From NCBI GenBank assembly GCA_963737655.1, contig CAVTTN010000002.1:1760001-1824000 (forward strand): a stretch of 64,000 nt of DNA, written 5' to 3'. Positions 32,344 to 43,382 of this stretch are shown here, piece by piece. Made by a program: the position numbers and the translations under genes. Below the pieces are notes generated by a model. The model saw only the letters and a program-made list of their open reading frames with translations. It ran no database searches and was not told where the DNA came from. The stretch comes from an uncultured Planctomycetota bacterium. Lineage in GTDB: Bacteria > Planctomycetota > Planctomycetia > Isosphaerales > Isosphaeraceae. Within the stretch, counting starts at the first letter, position 1; every line of letters begins with the position of its first letter.

Positions 32344-32379
32344 GAGGCCCGGCCCGGACGTTGATCCGGGCCGGGCCTC
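32344..32379. terminator. GC-rich hairpin between convergent genes (15-bp stem)
   Basis: gaggcccggcccgga-cgttga-tccgggccgggcctc. Confidence 0.7.
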
Positions 32380-32410
32380 GCGAATTTTCGGGGGCGAACC
32401 GGGCCGGCGA

Positions 32411-32611
32411 TCAGCCCGGGGCCGGCAGTGGTTCGAGGCCCTGGACGGCCTTGCCCGAGGCGGGCTTGACCGAGGCTGGTGTTGTGGGCAAGGGGGGCGG
32501 CGCGGCCCCCTTCGGCGGTGTCGCGGCCTGGGGGCCTTCGGCGTCGCAGCCCAGCAAGGCGCCCAGGGCGAGCGAGGCCAGCCCGAGGCGAGCGGTTCGA
32601 GGGGCGTTCAT
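32411..32611 (-). CDS. Small lipoprotein downstream of the DUF1559 gene
   Basis: Lipobox LLGC after a basic/hydrophobic leader; Pro-rich mature part. Confidence 0.7.
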   Translation of the reverse strand: MNAPRTARLGLASLALGALLGCDAEGPQAATPPKGAAPPPLPTTPASVKPASGKAVQGLEPLPAPG

Positions 32612-32649
32612 CGGCGCGGGCCTCCGTCGAGGGGAAGGGATCGGTCGGG

Positions 32650-33714
32650 TCAGTACGAGCCGTTGTCGATGATCTCGCCGCCGGCGCGGGTGGCGAGCTT
32701 CCGGTACACGCCGTGGGTCATCTGGCCGTTGTTGGGGTTCGGGCCGCCGACGACCTGGATCGAGTCCTTGAGGAAGTGGACGGTGCCGTCCCCGAACAGG
32801 AAGTTCGCGCCCCCGGGATGGAGGCTTCGGAAGCCCCACTGGCCCATGTTCTGATAGGGCGTGCTCGCGTTGACGAACCAGTAGGGGCCGTTCGTGGAGT
32901 CGGCCGGGAGGTCGGGCAGGAGCATCGGCGCATTGGGCCGGGGCATCGTCGAGGCCATCGCCTGGACCCGGCTCACGCCCGGGGTGTTCGACCCGTACCA
33001 ACCGGCGTTGGTCCAGAAGTTGAAGACGGTGTCCGGGTCGTTGTGGAACCGCGACATCTCGCCCACGAAGAGGGTGTTGCTCGTCCCATCGACCACGTCC
33101 GCGACTCGGTAGCCGAAGTCGTAGCCGAACATCCCGTCGGGCGGGATCGAGGGGGACGTGGCGTTCGGGCAGCCGTACCACCAGTGCCAGATGTCCGTGT
33201 TGCCGACGACTGCCGCGTAGGACGTCTGGGAGTAGCCCGGAGAGGTCATGGTCCGGGGCGTCTGGCCGTCCGACGGGCAGAGGAAGGCGGAGATCCTCGT
33301 GCTGTAGCCCGTGCTGTTCATGGAGGCGCCGTTGACGCCGGTCATCGACCACGGCCCGCCGGAATCGGCGGCCGGGACGGAGAAGTTCAGCGAGTCGAAG
33401 ACCTGCTTCTGCTCGGAGTACGGCAGGATCAGGGCGAACATGGTGTGCTGACGCTTGTCGGCGCAGTCGGCCCCGATGCTCGGCGCGTAGCCGATCGCCC
33501 CCGGGGGGAAGATCCCGTTGGCGCTCTCGTAGTTATGGAGGGCCAGGCCGATCTGCTTGAGGTTGTTGATGCACTGGGCCCGGCGGGCCGCTTCGCGGGC
33601 GGCCTGGACCGCCGGCAGCAACAGGGCGATCAGGACGCCGATGATGGCGATCACCACGAGCAATTCGATCAGGGTGAAGCCGCGGCGCGGCCTCCTGGAG
33701 GCGTGACTTTTCAT
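32650..33714 (-). CDS. DUF1559 prepilin-type N-terminal cleavage/methylation protein
   Basis: GFTLIELLVVIAII...AREAARRAQCINNLKQIGLA; H-X9-DG motif HPGGANFLFGDG. Confidence 0.95.
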   Translation of the reverse strand: MKSHASRRPRRGFTLIELLVVIAIIGVLIALLLPAVQAAREAARRAQCINNLKQIGLALHNYESANGIFPPGAIGYAPSIGADCADKRQHTMFALILPYSEQKQVFDSLNFSVPAADSGGPWSMTGVNGASMNSTGYSTRISAFLCPSDGQTPRTMTSPGYSQTSYAAVVGNTDIWHWWYGCPNATSPSIPPDGMFGYDFGYRVADVVDGTSNTLFVGEMSRFHNDPDTVFNFWTNAGWYGSNTPGVSRVQAMASTMPRPNAPMLLPDLPADSTNGPYWFVNASTPYQNMGQWGFRSLHPGGANFLFGDGTVHFLKDSIQVVGGPNPNNGQMTHGVYRKLATRAGGEIIDNGSY

Positions 33715-33995
33715 CGAGAGGGCACTCCGGAAGGAAATCGTGGATCGGATCGGGCGGGTCGATTGTCGGGCGGGAGAGGAGGGTTTGGCGGGTTCCTGGG
33801 CTCGGTCCGCGAGGGTGCGAATCCTCCTGAAGATGAAGGACGGATAGCGTCGAGGGCGAGGCGATCGCCCCCTACCGAGTCACGGAGCTCCGCCGGATCG
33901 CGCCGGGGAAAAGCGACGAGGCCGGGGGAGACGAAGATGTCTCCCTCGGCCTCGTCGGAGGGGCCCGAGCGTCGCCGGATTGCCCGGCGATCGGC

Positions 33996-35450
33996 TTACT
34001 TGTTGTTGGCGGTCACGCCCGGCCAGTCGTCGGTGCGGAAGGGATCGACGGGGAGGCCGTCCCGGCTGTAGAGGTTGCAAACCGGGTTATCCGCCCAGGC
34101 GTAGCGGACGGCCACAGGGTCGCTCACGCCGTCGGCCGAGACTTCCACCTTGTCCTTGCCGACGATCTTCGCCTTGGCCCAGACGAACTTCTTGTCGGCG
34201 CCGGCGATGGCGAAGCCTTTCGGCTCGGGGGTGTCGAAGGCGTAGAGGCCGGGGCCGACGTGGTCGAACGTGAGGACGATCTTGTCCCCCTTCTTCTCCA
34301 TCGACTTGTAGGTCGGGCTCTGGTGGGCGATGTTGATGCCGTAGTCCTTCGCCAGGGCCCAGCGGGCGAGGCGCATGGCCACGTCCTGCTTGTTCCTGGG
34401 GTGGATGTCGCGGCCCTCGCCGATGTCGATGATCACGGCCTGGCCACTCTTGGGGAGCTTCTGGGTCATGGACTGCGCCTCGCGGAGCTCCGCCCAGGCG
34501 CTCTCGGCCGGCTCGGGCTTCTCACCCATGAAATCGGCGAGCTGGACCCAGTAGAACGAGAAGTCGCCCAGGCCCCACTCGTCCCGCCAGCTCCGGATCA
34601 TCAGAGGGAAGAGGTCGCGGTACTGGTAGGCCCGGCCGGCGTTGGTCTCGCCCTGGTACCAGATCGCCCCGCGGATGCCGTAGCCGATGGTGGGCTTGAG
34701 GACGCCGTTGTAAATGTTCGCCGGCTGCTGATTGCCGTTGTCCTTCTCCTGGCCCTTCCAGCGGTCGAGGAGTTCCTTGTACTTGCCGTCCTTCTCCAGG
34801 ACGTCCCGGCTGATCCACGCCTCGCACGCCGAGCCGCCCCAGGAGTCGTCGATCAGGCCGATGGGGACGTCCAGCGTCTGATAGAGCTGGCGGCCGAAGA
34901 AGTAGCCGACGGCCGAGAAGCCTCGGGCGGTCTGCGGGGTGCAAACTTCCCACTTGCCCTGGAAGTCGGACTTCGGCTCCTGGGTGCCGACCTGGGGGAC
35001 GGAGATCAGGCGGATCCTGGGGTACTTGGCCGAGAGGGTCTCCAGGTCGGCGTCATTGGCTCCGCCGACGTCCCATTGCATGTTGGACTGGCCCGAGCAG
35101 ACCCAGACCTCTCCCACGAGGACGTCGTCGATCTTGACCTCGTTCTTCCCCTTCACCACGAGGGTATGGGGGCCTCCGGCGGGCATGGGGTCGAGCATCA
35201 CGGACCACTTGCCGTCCTTGTCGGCCTCGACGCTCTTGGACTGGCCGGCGATCGAGACGGTGACCTTCTCTCCGGCCTCGGCCCAGCCCCAGACCTTGTC
35301 CTTCAGGTCGCGCTGGAGGACCATGTGATCGGTGAACAGGGCCGGCATCTTGACGTCTGCGTGGGCCCGATTGGGGGCGATGGCCAGGGCGGCCAGGGCC
35401 AGGCCGACGGCGATGGAACCGGCTGGGCCCGTCGTTCGGACTCGCTTCAT
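33996..35450 (-). CDS. Sialate O-acetylesterase family protein
   Basis: [35 protein letters not shown]. Confidence 0.92.
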   Translation of the reverse strand: MKRVRTTGPAGSIAVGLALAALAIAPNRAHADVKMPALFTDHMVLQRDLKDKVWGWAEAGEKVTVSIAGQSKSVEADKDGKWSVMLDPMPAGGPHTLVVKGKNEVKIDDVLVGEVWVCSGQSNMQWDVGGANDADLETLSAKYPRIRLISVPQVGTQEPKSDFQGKWEVCTPQTARGFSAVGYFFGRQLYQTLDVPIGLIDDSWGGSACEAWISRDVLEKDGKYKELLDRWKGQEKDNGNQQPANIYNGVLKPTIGYGIRGAIWYQGETNAGRAYQYRDLFPLMIRSWRDEWGLGDFSFYWVQLADFMGEKPEPAESAWAELREAQSMTQKLPKSGQAVIIDIGEGRDIHPRNKQDVAMRLARWALAKDYGINIAHQSPTYKSMEKKGDKIVLTFDHVGPGLYAFDTPEPKGFAIAGADKKFVWAKAKIVGKDKVEVSADGVSDPVAVRYAWADNPVCNLYSRDGLPVDPFRTDDWPGVTANNK

Positions 35451-35661
35451 GGGAGGACGTTCCTCGGGGTGGGTGGGGCGTCGATCTCGGCGGCCTCGCG
35501 AGCCGGCCCGATCGGCGGGGGACCGGCGGCGCCGATCGCAGCACTATAACCCGGGGAACCGCCGAGTAAACGGGGTCGTGGATCGTGGGACGAAGGAACC
35601 GCCCGACGGGAGGGGGGCCGGGACTCGTCGGCCGATCCTCTTCCCGCCGGGGCGAGAACGT

Positions 35662-36531
35662 TCAGGCGAGGACCGGGCGGGACTCGCGACGCTCGGCGCG
35701 CCGGGCCTGCGATTTGGGCGTCTCCTGGTCCTTCGGCGGCGGTTCGGCGGCCTTCGGCGGCTCGGCCTTCTCCGGGGCGTCGGCCGCCTTTGGCTCCTCG
35801 GCTTTCGGCTCCTCGCCCTTTGGGGTGTCCGCGGCCTTGATCGACCGGGGGGTCAGGATGACCTTGCCATCCTTGACCTCCAGAGACGAAATCTTGCGGA
35901 TCATCTCCCGGTTCTTCTCTTCCTTCATGTACTCTTCGGCCAGGTTCTGGTTCGTCAGCGAGGTCTTGAACTGCGGGGGCAGGTCCTTGCCCTTGACCTC
36001 GATCGAATCCATCCGCACGTCCAGGACATCGTTGATCAGGGACACGCGGAGGACGGCCGTCCCGTTGATGTAGCGACCGACGAGCTCCTTGCTGAGGTTC
36101 AGGGCCCCCAGCGGGAAGCTGATGTCGGCCTTGATCTTGCTGCCGTCGATCGAGACGTGGGCCTTGCCCTTCATGTCGGGGTTGTCGTCGATCATGGCGT
36201 TGAGGTCCTCGGCCGTCAACACGATCGGCTCGGCGGGCTTGCCGGCGTTCACGGCCTCGCGGAAGGCATCGACCCTTTGATGGAGCTGCTCTCGCTCGGC
36301 CTCGGGCATCGTGACCGGGGGCATCGCCATCGGGGCCGGCTCGCTGTACTCCTTCAGCGTGTTGACGCCGTATCGGTAGAGGAAGTAGCCCCCCGTCACG
36401 ACGGCGATCGCCCCGACGACGAAGAGGATGATCAGGGTGATGCAGCCCCAGAAGAAGCAGCCCCGGGACTTCTTCTCGGGGACGGAGGGGCCCTTGGTCG
36501 GCTCGGCGTAGAACATCGGGTCGTTGGACAT
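35662..36531 (-). CDS. Membrane-anchored hypothetical protein
   Basis: RGCFFWGC-TM, globular domain, P/K/E-rich tail. Confidence 0.7.
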   Translation of the reverse strand: MSNDPMFYAEPTKGPSVPEKKSRGCFFWGCITLIILFVVGAIAVVTGGYFLYRYGVNTLKEYSEPAPMAMPPVTMPEAEREQLHQRVDAFREAVNAGKPAEPIVLTAEDLNAMIDDNPDMKGKAHVSIDGSKIKADISFPLGALNLSKELVGRYINGTAVLRVSLINDVLDVRMDSIEVKGKDLPPQFKTSLTNQNLAEEYMKEEKNREMIRKISSLEVKDGKVILTPRSIKAADTPKGEEPKAEEPKAADAPEKAEPPKAAEPPPKDQETPKSQARRAERRESRPVLA

Positions 36532-36770
36532 CGTCGGTCTCGGAAAGGCGGGGGTTCGGTGGCGGCGCCCGCGACGGATTGTCGCGACCGGGCCGCCGAC
36601 CGGCAAGATGGCGGCGACGGCCCTCGCCGGGGAATTCGCCGATCGGGCGAGAATCTTCTCGGGACCTCGGGCCGATGGGTCCGACGGCGTTGTCAGCCCC
36701 TCGGCGATCGCGTACCCTGGGGGCGGGCCGATGGCCCCTCTCCGCCCCGAATCGTCCCGAGCCTCTACCG

Positions 36771-37292
36771 ATGCATCGGATCTTCCTCGCCCTGGCCGTG
36801 ACCGTCGGGACGCTCCTGGTCGTCAGCTTCGGCTCCGGGTTCCTCGTGCCGACGGGCCGGGGCGGGGCCCTGCACGACGTCCATTTCCTCCTCTCTCTGA
36901 TCACGACGATGGGCGTCCTGCTCGTCCATTCCGTGGCGTTCACTTACTTCCTCGGGACGGGGAAGTGGGTCAAGGAGGTCGTCCGGGTCTACCGGCTGCC
37001 GGAGTGGGTCCACTCGCAGGCCCTGAAGAACAAGAGGAAGGCGTTCCCGTTCGAGCTGGGGAGCATGCTGTTCATCGGGGCGGCGGCGTGGCTGGGGGGG
37101 GCGTCGGACACCCGGGCGAACTTCGACCCGAACTGGCACCTCGGCGCTTCGGCCATGGCCCTGGCGTTCAATCTCGGATCGTTCTTCGTCGAGTATGCGG
37201 CGATCGTGGCGCAGGCCCGGCTGTTGATCGAAGTCAAGGACCAGGCGGACCGCCTCCGAGAGGCCCAGGCCGCCGGCCTGACCGGGGCGTGA
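36771..37292 (+). CDS. Four-TM membrane protein
   Basis: Hydrophobic helices with intramembrane His residues; YFLGTGKWVKE. Confidence 0.7.
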   Translation: MHRIFLALAVTVGTLLVVSFGSGFLVPTGRGGALHDVHFLLSLITTMGVLLVHSVAFTYFLGTGKWVKEVVRVYRLPEWVHSQALKNKRKAFPFELGSMLFIGAAAWLGGASDTRANFDPNWHLGASAMALAFNLGSFFVEYAAIVAQARLLIEVKDQADRLREAQAAGLTGA

Positions 37293-37328
37293 TGGAGAGA
37301 GCCTCCGCGTCGAGGGGATTCATCGCCG

Positions 37329-38524
37329 ATGTCGCCTCTGGTGGTCGTGGTCCTGATCGTCCTGGTGGATTTGCTGGGGTTCACCATCGTGATGCCGTTG
37401 CTCCCCCCCTGGGCCGGTCCCGGGGGTATTCGCCGGAGCAGATCGGCCTGCTCTTCGCGGCGTACCCGATGTGCCAGCTCGTCGCCGGGCCGATCCTCGG
37501 CCGGCTGAGCGACCGCTTCGGCCGTCGGCCCGTCCTGGCGATCAGCCAGTTCGGCACGGCCGTCTCGTTCGTGATCCTGGCCCTCTCGACCAGCTTCCCG
37601 ATGATGCTCCTGGGCCGGATGCTCGACGGCGCCTCGGGCGGGAACATCCTGGTGGCCCAAGCCTACGTGGCCGACGTGACGAAGCCCGAGCATCGCTCGA
37701 GGAGCCTCGGCCTGATCGGCGCGGCGTTCGGGATCGGGTTCGTCCTCGGTCCGTTGCTCGGCGGGTTCCTCGTGGAATTGCCGGTGGCCGAGGGGTGGCG
37801 GCTCCGCCTGCCGTTCCTCGTGGCGGCCGGGTTCTCGACGATCGCCTGGATCCTCGTCCTGACCAGCCTCCCCGAATCGCTCTCGAAGGACGGCCCGAGG
37901 ACCGAGGCCCGCGTCCTGTCGTGGCGAGGGGTCGCCGACACCCTGTCCGACGGCCGCGTCGGCGGCCTCGTGACCCTGGGAGGGCTCACCACGCTGGCAT
38001 TCGCCGCCCTGGAAGGGACGTTCAGCGAGTTCCTCGGCATGCGGATGGGCCTGAAACCGCGGGAGGCGGCGTACAGCTTCGCCGGGCTGGGGTTCGTCAG
38101 CGCCTGCATCCAGGGCGGGCTGATCCGCCGCCTCGTCCCCCGGTTCGGCGAGCCGAGGCTGATCCTGGCCGGGATCGCGATCTCGGCGGCCGGGTTCGCG
38201 ACGATGGCGAATGTCTGGAACGCGCCGATGCTCGTCCTCGCGATCCTCTTGACCGGGATCGGCACCGGCCTGACCGCGCCGAGCGTCCAGGGCCTGCTCT
38301 CGAAGTCCACCCCGGCGAGCGAGCAGGGGGCCGTCTTCGGCACGCTCACGTCGGCACAGACGCTTGCGAGAATGATTAATTATGCCCTGGGGGGATATCT
38401 CCTGGCGAAGCTCGGGCCGTCCGGGCCGTACTGGGAGGCGGCCGGAGTGGCCCTCCTGGCGCTGGGGCTGGCCGTCGCGGTCGTCCGGCGTCGAGTCGTC
38501 GAGCCGGTGGCCTCGGGAGCTTGA
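37329..38524 (+). CDS. MFS transporter (DHA1/TetA-like), frameshift in a C7 run near 37405
   Basis: VDLLGFTIVMPLLP, motif A GRLSDRFGRRP, GAAFGIGFVLGP. Confidence 0.88.
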
Positions 38525-38547
38525 GGACGAGACTTTAGCAAGCCGCC

Positions 38548-40842
38548 TCAGAGAGGGCCGCCGATCGAGTCCGGATCGGTATAGCCGTAGCGGAGGAGGA
38601 TCGCCCGGAGGGCGTCGGGACGCTGGATCGCGATCTCGACGGCCTCTCGGACGGCCTCGGGTCGGATTCGCAAGAGGGTCTTCGCGCGGTCGGGATAGCG
38701 ATTCATGAGGTCCATCAGGCGTTCGGCGCCCGGGTGGCCGGCGACCGGCTCGCGGCGGGCGATCCGGTCGCCGGCGGCCCGGAGGCCCTCGGGGTCGGAC
38801 TTCGCCCAGTTGAGCAGATCGGGCTGGACTCCGAGCCGGCCCGAGGGCGTGAGGCCGTCGCCCCAGAGCCGGGCCAGCGGCTTCAGGTAGGTTCGCACCC
38901 ACTCCGGGGATCGCGGCGGAGGGGGCTTCGAGGTGTCCCTGCGGTCGAGCAACAGTTGCAGGGCCCAGGCCCGCGAGTGCGCCTCCGGGTCCGCGACCGT
39001 AGCCACGCGGAGGCCGCCGAGCTGCCTCGGGCGGAGCGCCCACCACGGCTTCATCGCAAAGAGGAGCCGGGAAACAGCGTCGGCCTTCGAGTCGTGCGTC
39101 AACAGGATTGCGAATGGGAATGAATCGACCGGTGGCGAGATCTCCAGGTCGCCTCGGAGGACGCCCAGGGATTGCTCGTCTTCCAGGACCATGACCGGGT
39201 TCGACTGCCCGTTGACGAAATCGAGCTTCGCGCCCTCGGGCAACTTCTCGTTCAGGTCCGAGTATGCGTCCGTTGTGAAGGCGTCGTACCAGTACGAGAG
39301 CTCGAAGCCCTCTCGCCAGGCGCCTCGGGGGCCACCGATGAAGGCGTTGTAATACGAAAGCTCGAACGGGTGGATGCGAACAAGGTCCACGGCGGCCGGA
39401 GCGAGGACGAGGAGGGCCAGGGCCGGCGTGGCCGAGCGATGGCGGAGGAGCTTCGCCAACCCAACCGTTCCCCACCCGGCGAACGCGGCGAGGAAGGCGA
39501 ACGCGGGGAGGAACAGCCGGACCCCGTCGTGGGCCGGAGTCTCGAACATCCTCATCACGGGGAGGGTCGCGAGGTTCAGGAGGAAGAACTTCGGCAGGTC
39601 CTCCCGCCACGGGGCGAGGATCAGGCCCGCCACCGCCGTAACGAGGATCGTCGCCGGGACCGTGATGGCGATCAGGACCCAGGCATTCGGCCAGGGGAGC
39701 GAATATTCGTAATTCTGCCCGAAATAGAGGACCTGGATGTCCGGGAGGACCCCTCGTCGGGTCGTCGTGATGGCGTAATAGTGGGCGAGCCGGGGGAGGG
39801 CCTCGCGCCACCACGCCGGGTTGCCCAGCCACGCCACGGCGGGGGCGAATGCCAGGAGCGCCTCCCACATTTCCAGCCCCGGGCGCTCCCGGCCCCACAC
39901 CGGATTCCCCTTGAGGAGCCGCCCGATCGCTCGACGGACCAGCCACACGCCCAGGGGGCACAGGAGGAAGGCGCCGGGCATCCAGGTCGAGGGGTGATCG
40001 CGGAAGAGGTCGGTCCTCGCGGGCGTGCGGAGGCCGGGATTCAGCCCCATCGCGACCTGGATCCTCAAGAATTCCTCGCTCAAGCGGCGGACTTCGAGAT
40101 AGGCGACCGCCAGAGGGGCCAGCAAGGCGGCCGAGGTCACGAGACCGTCGATCCAGGCGGCCCGATCGGCCTTGCGGAGGCGGGCGAGGACGAGCCATCC
40201 CAGGATCGGCAGGACGACGAGGACCGCGCCCATCTTCTCGACGAACGCCAGGCCCAGGAGGACGCCCGCGAGGACCCGCCACAGCCCGGCGCCCTCCTCG
40301 GTGATCCCCTTCCACGCCGCGAACGACGCCGCCACCCAGATCAGGAGGCCTGGCGTGTCGGTGTCGATCAGGTGGGCCTGGCCGTAGAGCCGAGGCATCA
40401 GCAAGAGCGAGCCGGCCGCGATCGCGCCGACCCACGGGCCCGATCGCCTCGCCAGGAACCCGAAGAGGAGGGCCACGGTCGCCGAGAATTCGAGGACCGA
40501 GGCCATCCTCCTCGCCGGGATGTCCTTCAGGAAGCCGCCGAAAAGTTCATACGTGAGCAGGTTTAACTGGCCGCCCAGGGGAGGGTGGAAGTTGATCCCG
40601 TGGCGGCCGTAAGGCCAGTAATAGAGCAGGGCGTCCGGGTCGAGGATCGCGTCGAGGTCGGCCGACGACCGGGCCTCCGCGAGCCTTTCCCACCACTGGA
40701 CCGAGACCATCTGGCTATGGCGATAGGCCGGCTCGTCGTAGGTCAGGCCGAAGTCGGCGACGGTCGGGGCTGTCGCGACCAGGGCGACGAGGAAGGCGCC
40801 GATCGTCGCGATCTGCCACGATCGGCCGGTCAACCCATTCAT
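38548..40842 (-). CDS. GT-C fold glycosyltransferase family 39-like
   Basis: GLTYDEPAY, NFHPPLG, DTDTP, HDGVRLFLP, LSYYN. Confidence 0.8.
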   Translation of the reverse strand: MNGLTGRSWQIATIGAFLVALVATAPTVADFGLTYDEPAYRHSQMVSVQWWERLAEARSSADLDAILDPDALLYYWPYGRHGINFHPPLGGQLNLLTYELFGGFLKDIPARRMASVLEFSATVALLFGFLARRSGPWVGAIAAGSLLLMPRLYGQAHLIDTDTPGLLIWVAASFAAWKGITEEGAGLWRVLAGVLLGLAFVEKMGAVLVVLPILGWLVLARLRKADRAAWIDGLVTSAALLAPLAVAYLEVRRLSEEFLRIQVAMGLNPGLRTPARTDLFRDHPSTWMPGAFLLCPLGVWLVRRAIGRLLKGNPVWGRERPGLEMWEALLAFAPAVAWLGNPAWWREALPRLAHYYAITTTRRGVLPDIQVLYFGQNYEYSLPWPNAWVLIAITVPATILVTAVAGLILAPWREDLPKFFLLNLATLPVMRMFETPAHDGVRLFLPAFAFLAAFAGWGTVGLAKLLRHRSATPALALLVLAPAAVDLVRIHPFELSYYNAFIGGPRGAWREGFELSYWYDAFTTDAYSDLNEKLPEGAKLDFVNGQSNPVMVLEDEQSLGVLRGDLEISPPVDSFPFAILLTHDSKADAVSRLLFAMKPWWALRPRQLGGLRVATVADPEAHSRAWALQLLLDRRDTSKPPPPRSPEWVRTYLKPLARLWGDGLTPSGRLGVQPDLLNWAKSDPEGLRAAGDRIARREPVAGHPGAERLMDLMNRYPDRAKTLLRIRPEAVREAVEIAIQRPDALRAILLRYGYTDPDSIGGPL

Positions 40843-42500
40843 CGCTTGACCTCGTCGTCAGGGAAGGCCCAGATCAGGGGGACGCCGAACTTCTCGACGA
40901 GGACGCATCGCGGGCCGAGCCGGGCGATCAAGGCGCGATCGATCGGGCCGAGCGCCCCGGGCCGGTTCTGGACGACGTACCACGCCGGAGGGCCCGGATC
41001 GATCGGGAAGAGGCCGAATTCCATGACGCCTTCGCGACGGAGGTAGACCCAGGACGTCGGGAACGTGGCGAACCGAACGGTCCGGCCCGATGGAGTCTCC
41101 CGGGCGAGGCGGTCGAGGGCGTCTCGCGAGAGGGCGTCCCAGAAGTACGTCGGTTCCATCCCCAGACGCACCGCGCCGGGCAATCCGCCGACGATCGGGC
41201 TGAAATACGAGAGCGGGACCGGCCAGATCAGGACCAGGCTCACGACCGCCTCGCCGATCGCGGCCACGACCAGCGCACGGCCCCACCGCCCCCATCGCGA
41301 CGCAGCCAGAGCGGCCCCCTCGCCGGCCATGAGCGCCAGGCAGCCGAAGGCCGGGAGGAACTGGCGGATGCCGTCGTGCCCCGGGGTGTTCGGCAACGCC
41401 CTCAACGCGAGCAAGAACGCCCAGTTCGCCAGGGCCAGGGCGGGCAAAGGGTCGGCCGAGAGGCGGGCCCTGAGAGTCCGGGCCGTGCCGATCAGGGCCA
41501 GGACCAGGAACAGGACGGGCGATGCCAGAGTGGTCCAGACCAGCGTGTTGTACGGCGGGAGCGACTGCTTGGGCGTCTGGTAGATGGTCCCGAGGAACTG
41601 GATCGGGATCGGGATCGTCCGCGCCCTGGACAGGTTCGAGCGGAAGAACCGCTCGACTCCGGCGATCGGATCGGGCCACCACGGCGGGTTGAAGGCGTAC
41701 AGCGTGGCGAGGGCGATGGCCCCGCCGACGGCCAGGGTGCCCAGGCCGCGACGGCTCCTCGTCAGGGCCGTCCAGACGAGGAAGGGCAGGGGCAGGAACC
41801 AGCCGGTTAGCTTCGTGTCGGCGGCCCAGCCCAGGAATAGGCCGAACAGGACGACCGAGCCCCATCGAGGTCCCTCGACGGCCCGGGCGAAGGCGAGGAT
41901 CGCCCCGACCCACAGGGCCGAGAGCAGGGCGTCATACGTGGCGTAATGCCCCAGGGCAAACATCTGCGGCGAGAGGACCCAGGCTCCCATGGCCGCCGAG
42001 GCCGACCACGGCCCGGACCTTTTCAGGAACGCTCCGAAGATCGCCCCGGCCGCGAGGCTGAAGGCGATCATCGGCCCGAGGCGGGCCCGGGGCAGTGGCG
42101 CCCAGCCTGGGGCGAGGACGTCGCCGACCATCCCCACGAGGGCGTAGAACGGAGGGTGCCCGTGCGGTTCCTCGCGGCCGAAAGGCCAGAACCAGGCGAG
42201 GTTGCGCGGCGAGAAGAGTCTCGGCCGGGTGTTGATCTCGGGGGCCGTCGGCGGCCTCATCGTGTCGTCCACGAGGCCGTCCAGCGGCTTCGGCGGGACC
42301 CACGAAGCGGAGAACTCCTCGGGGTCGCGCAGGGCCCGGAACCAGAGGCGAATCCGGGCCTCGCGACCGAGCGTATACCCCTCGTCCCAGCCCATCGCCA
42401 GGCCCGGCTCGGTGGCGACCATCAGGGCGAATGTCGCGAGGGCCGCGACGATCGGGGCGACGACCATCGGCCATCGGCGGGTCTTGGGGCGCTCGGCCAC
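40839..42500 (-). CDS. GT-C fold glycosyltransferase family 39-like, paralog of the adjacent gene
   Basis: MGWDEGY, HGHPPFY, TYDAL, HDGIRQFLP, LSYFS; 4-bp overlap. Confidence 0.8.
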   Translation of the reverse strand: MAERPKTRRWPMVVAPIVAALATFALMVATEPGLAMGWDEGYTLGREARIRLWFRALRDPEEFSASWVPPKPLDGLVDDTMRPPTAPEINTRPRLFSPRNLAWFWPFGREEPHGHPPFYALVGMVGDVLAPGWAPLPRARLGPMIAFSLAAGAIFGAFLKRSGPWSASAAMGAWVLSPQMFALGHYATYDALLSALWVGAILAFARAVEGPRWGSVVLFGLFLGWAADTKLTGWFLPLPFLVWTALTRSRRGLGTLAVGGAIALATLYAFNPPWWPDPIAGVERFFRSNLSRARTIPIPIQFLGTIYQTPKQSLPPYNTLVWTTLASPVLFLVLALIGTARTLRARLSADPLPALALANWAFLLALRALPNTPGHDGIRQFLPAFGCLALMAGEGAALAASRWGRWGRALVVAAIGEAVVSLVLIWPVPLSYFSPIVGGLPGAVRLGMEPTYFWDALSRDALDRLARETPSGRTVRFATFPTSWVYLRREGVMEFGLFPIDPGPPAWYVVQNRPGALGPIDRALIARLGPRCVLVEKFGVPLIWAFPDDEVKR

Positions 42501-42576
42501 GGGCAATCCTCGGGGTCGGGGCCCCGTCCCTCCGCCCGAGGGGGGACCGGGGCCCGTCCGGAGATTGTCGCCGATC

Positions 42577-43089
42577 CTAGCCGGCCGAGGCAACGAGTGC
42601 ACCTTCCTCGACCTGCTCCGCCCTCGGCTCCGGCTCGACCGAGCGGATCAGGGCGACCTCGTGGCACGAGGGGAACAGAGGGCAGCGGACGCACTCGTTC
42701 CAGATCTTGTGGGGCAGCTCGGACTTCTCGATCCGGTGATACCCGCACTTCTCGAAGAACTCGGCCACGTACGTGAGGGTGAAGACCGTCCCGATCTCCA
42801 ACTCCCTGGCGGCGTCCCAGCACCTCTCCACGAGCTTCCGCCCAACGCCCCGGCCCTGGGCCTTCTCGGAGACGGCCAGGCATTTGAGCTCGGCCAGGTC
42901 GTCCCAGAAGACGTGGATCGCGGCGCACCCGAGGATCGAGCCGTCGTCATCGACCGCCACGAGGAACTCGCGGATCGACTCGTAGAGTTCCCCCAACGAA
43001 CGGCGGATCATCAACTTACGATCGGCGAACGTGCGGATCAGGTCGCAGATGGCCGGCACGTCACCAACCCGGGCGGGACGGATGTTCAA
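42577..43089 (-). CDS. argA: GNAT N-acetyltransferase, short N-acetylglutamate synthase type
   Basis: RSLGELYESIREF, WDDLAELKCLAV, GRGVG, LPHKIWNECVRC; start uncertain. Confidence 0.75.
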   Translation of the reverse strand: MNIRPARVGDVPAICDLIRTFADRKLMIRRSLGELYESIREFLVAVDDDGSILGCAAIHVFWDDLAELKCLAVSEKAQGRGVGRKLVERCWDAARELEIGTVFTLTYVAEFFEKCGYHRIEKSELPHKIWNECVRCPLFPSCHEVALIRSVEPEPRAEQVEEGALVASAG

Positions 43090-43382
43090 TCGAGGAACCC
43101 CCAAGCCCCGGGCCGAGGCCCGGGCGTTCTTGCCAGATCGTCCGGCGACGGGGGACGACCCCCGGCCCCTCGCGGACGAACGGATCATTTTATCGGCGAC
43201 AGGGGGGGAATCAAGCGACATTTCCGATCCAATCGACATGGGCTTGTGCGACCGCGGCCGAGAGCTTCGGTCGGTCACGGAGGGCGGCCGAGGGTATCTT
43301 TTCCATGTCCGATCGAGCAATATGCTGCGATCCCCAACTCGGCCCATCCTTCAGGTTCCACGATCCGGCCCGGAGTCGTCCC

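Noticed and set aside
32411..33714. DUF1559 plus lipoprotein pair as a novel system
   Set aside because: A very common arrangement in planctomycete genomes.
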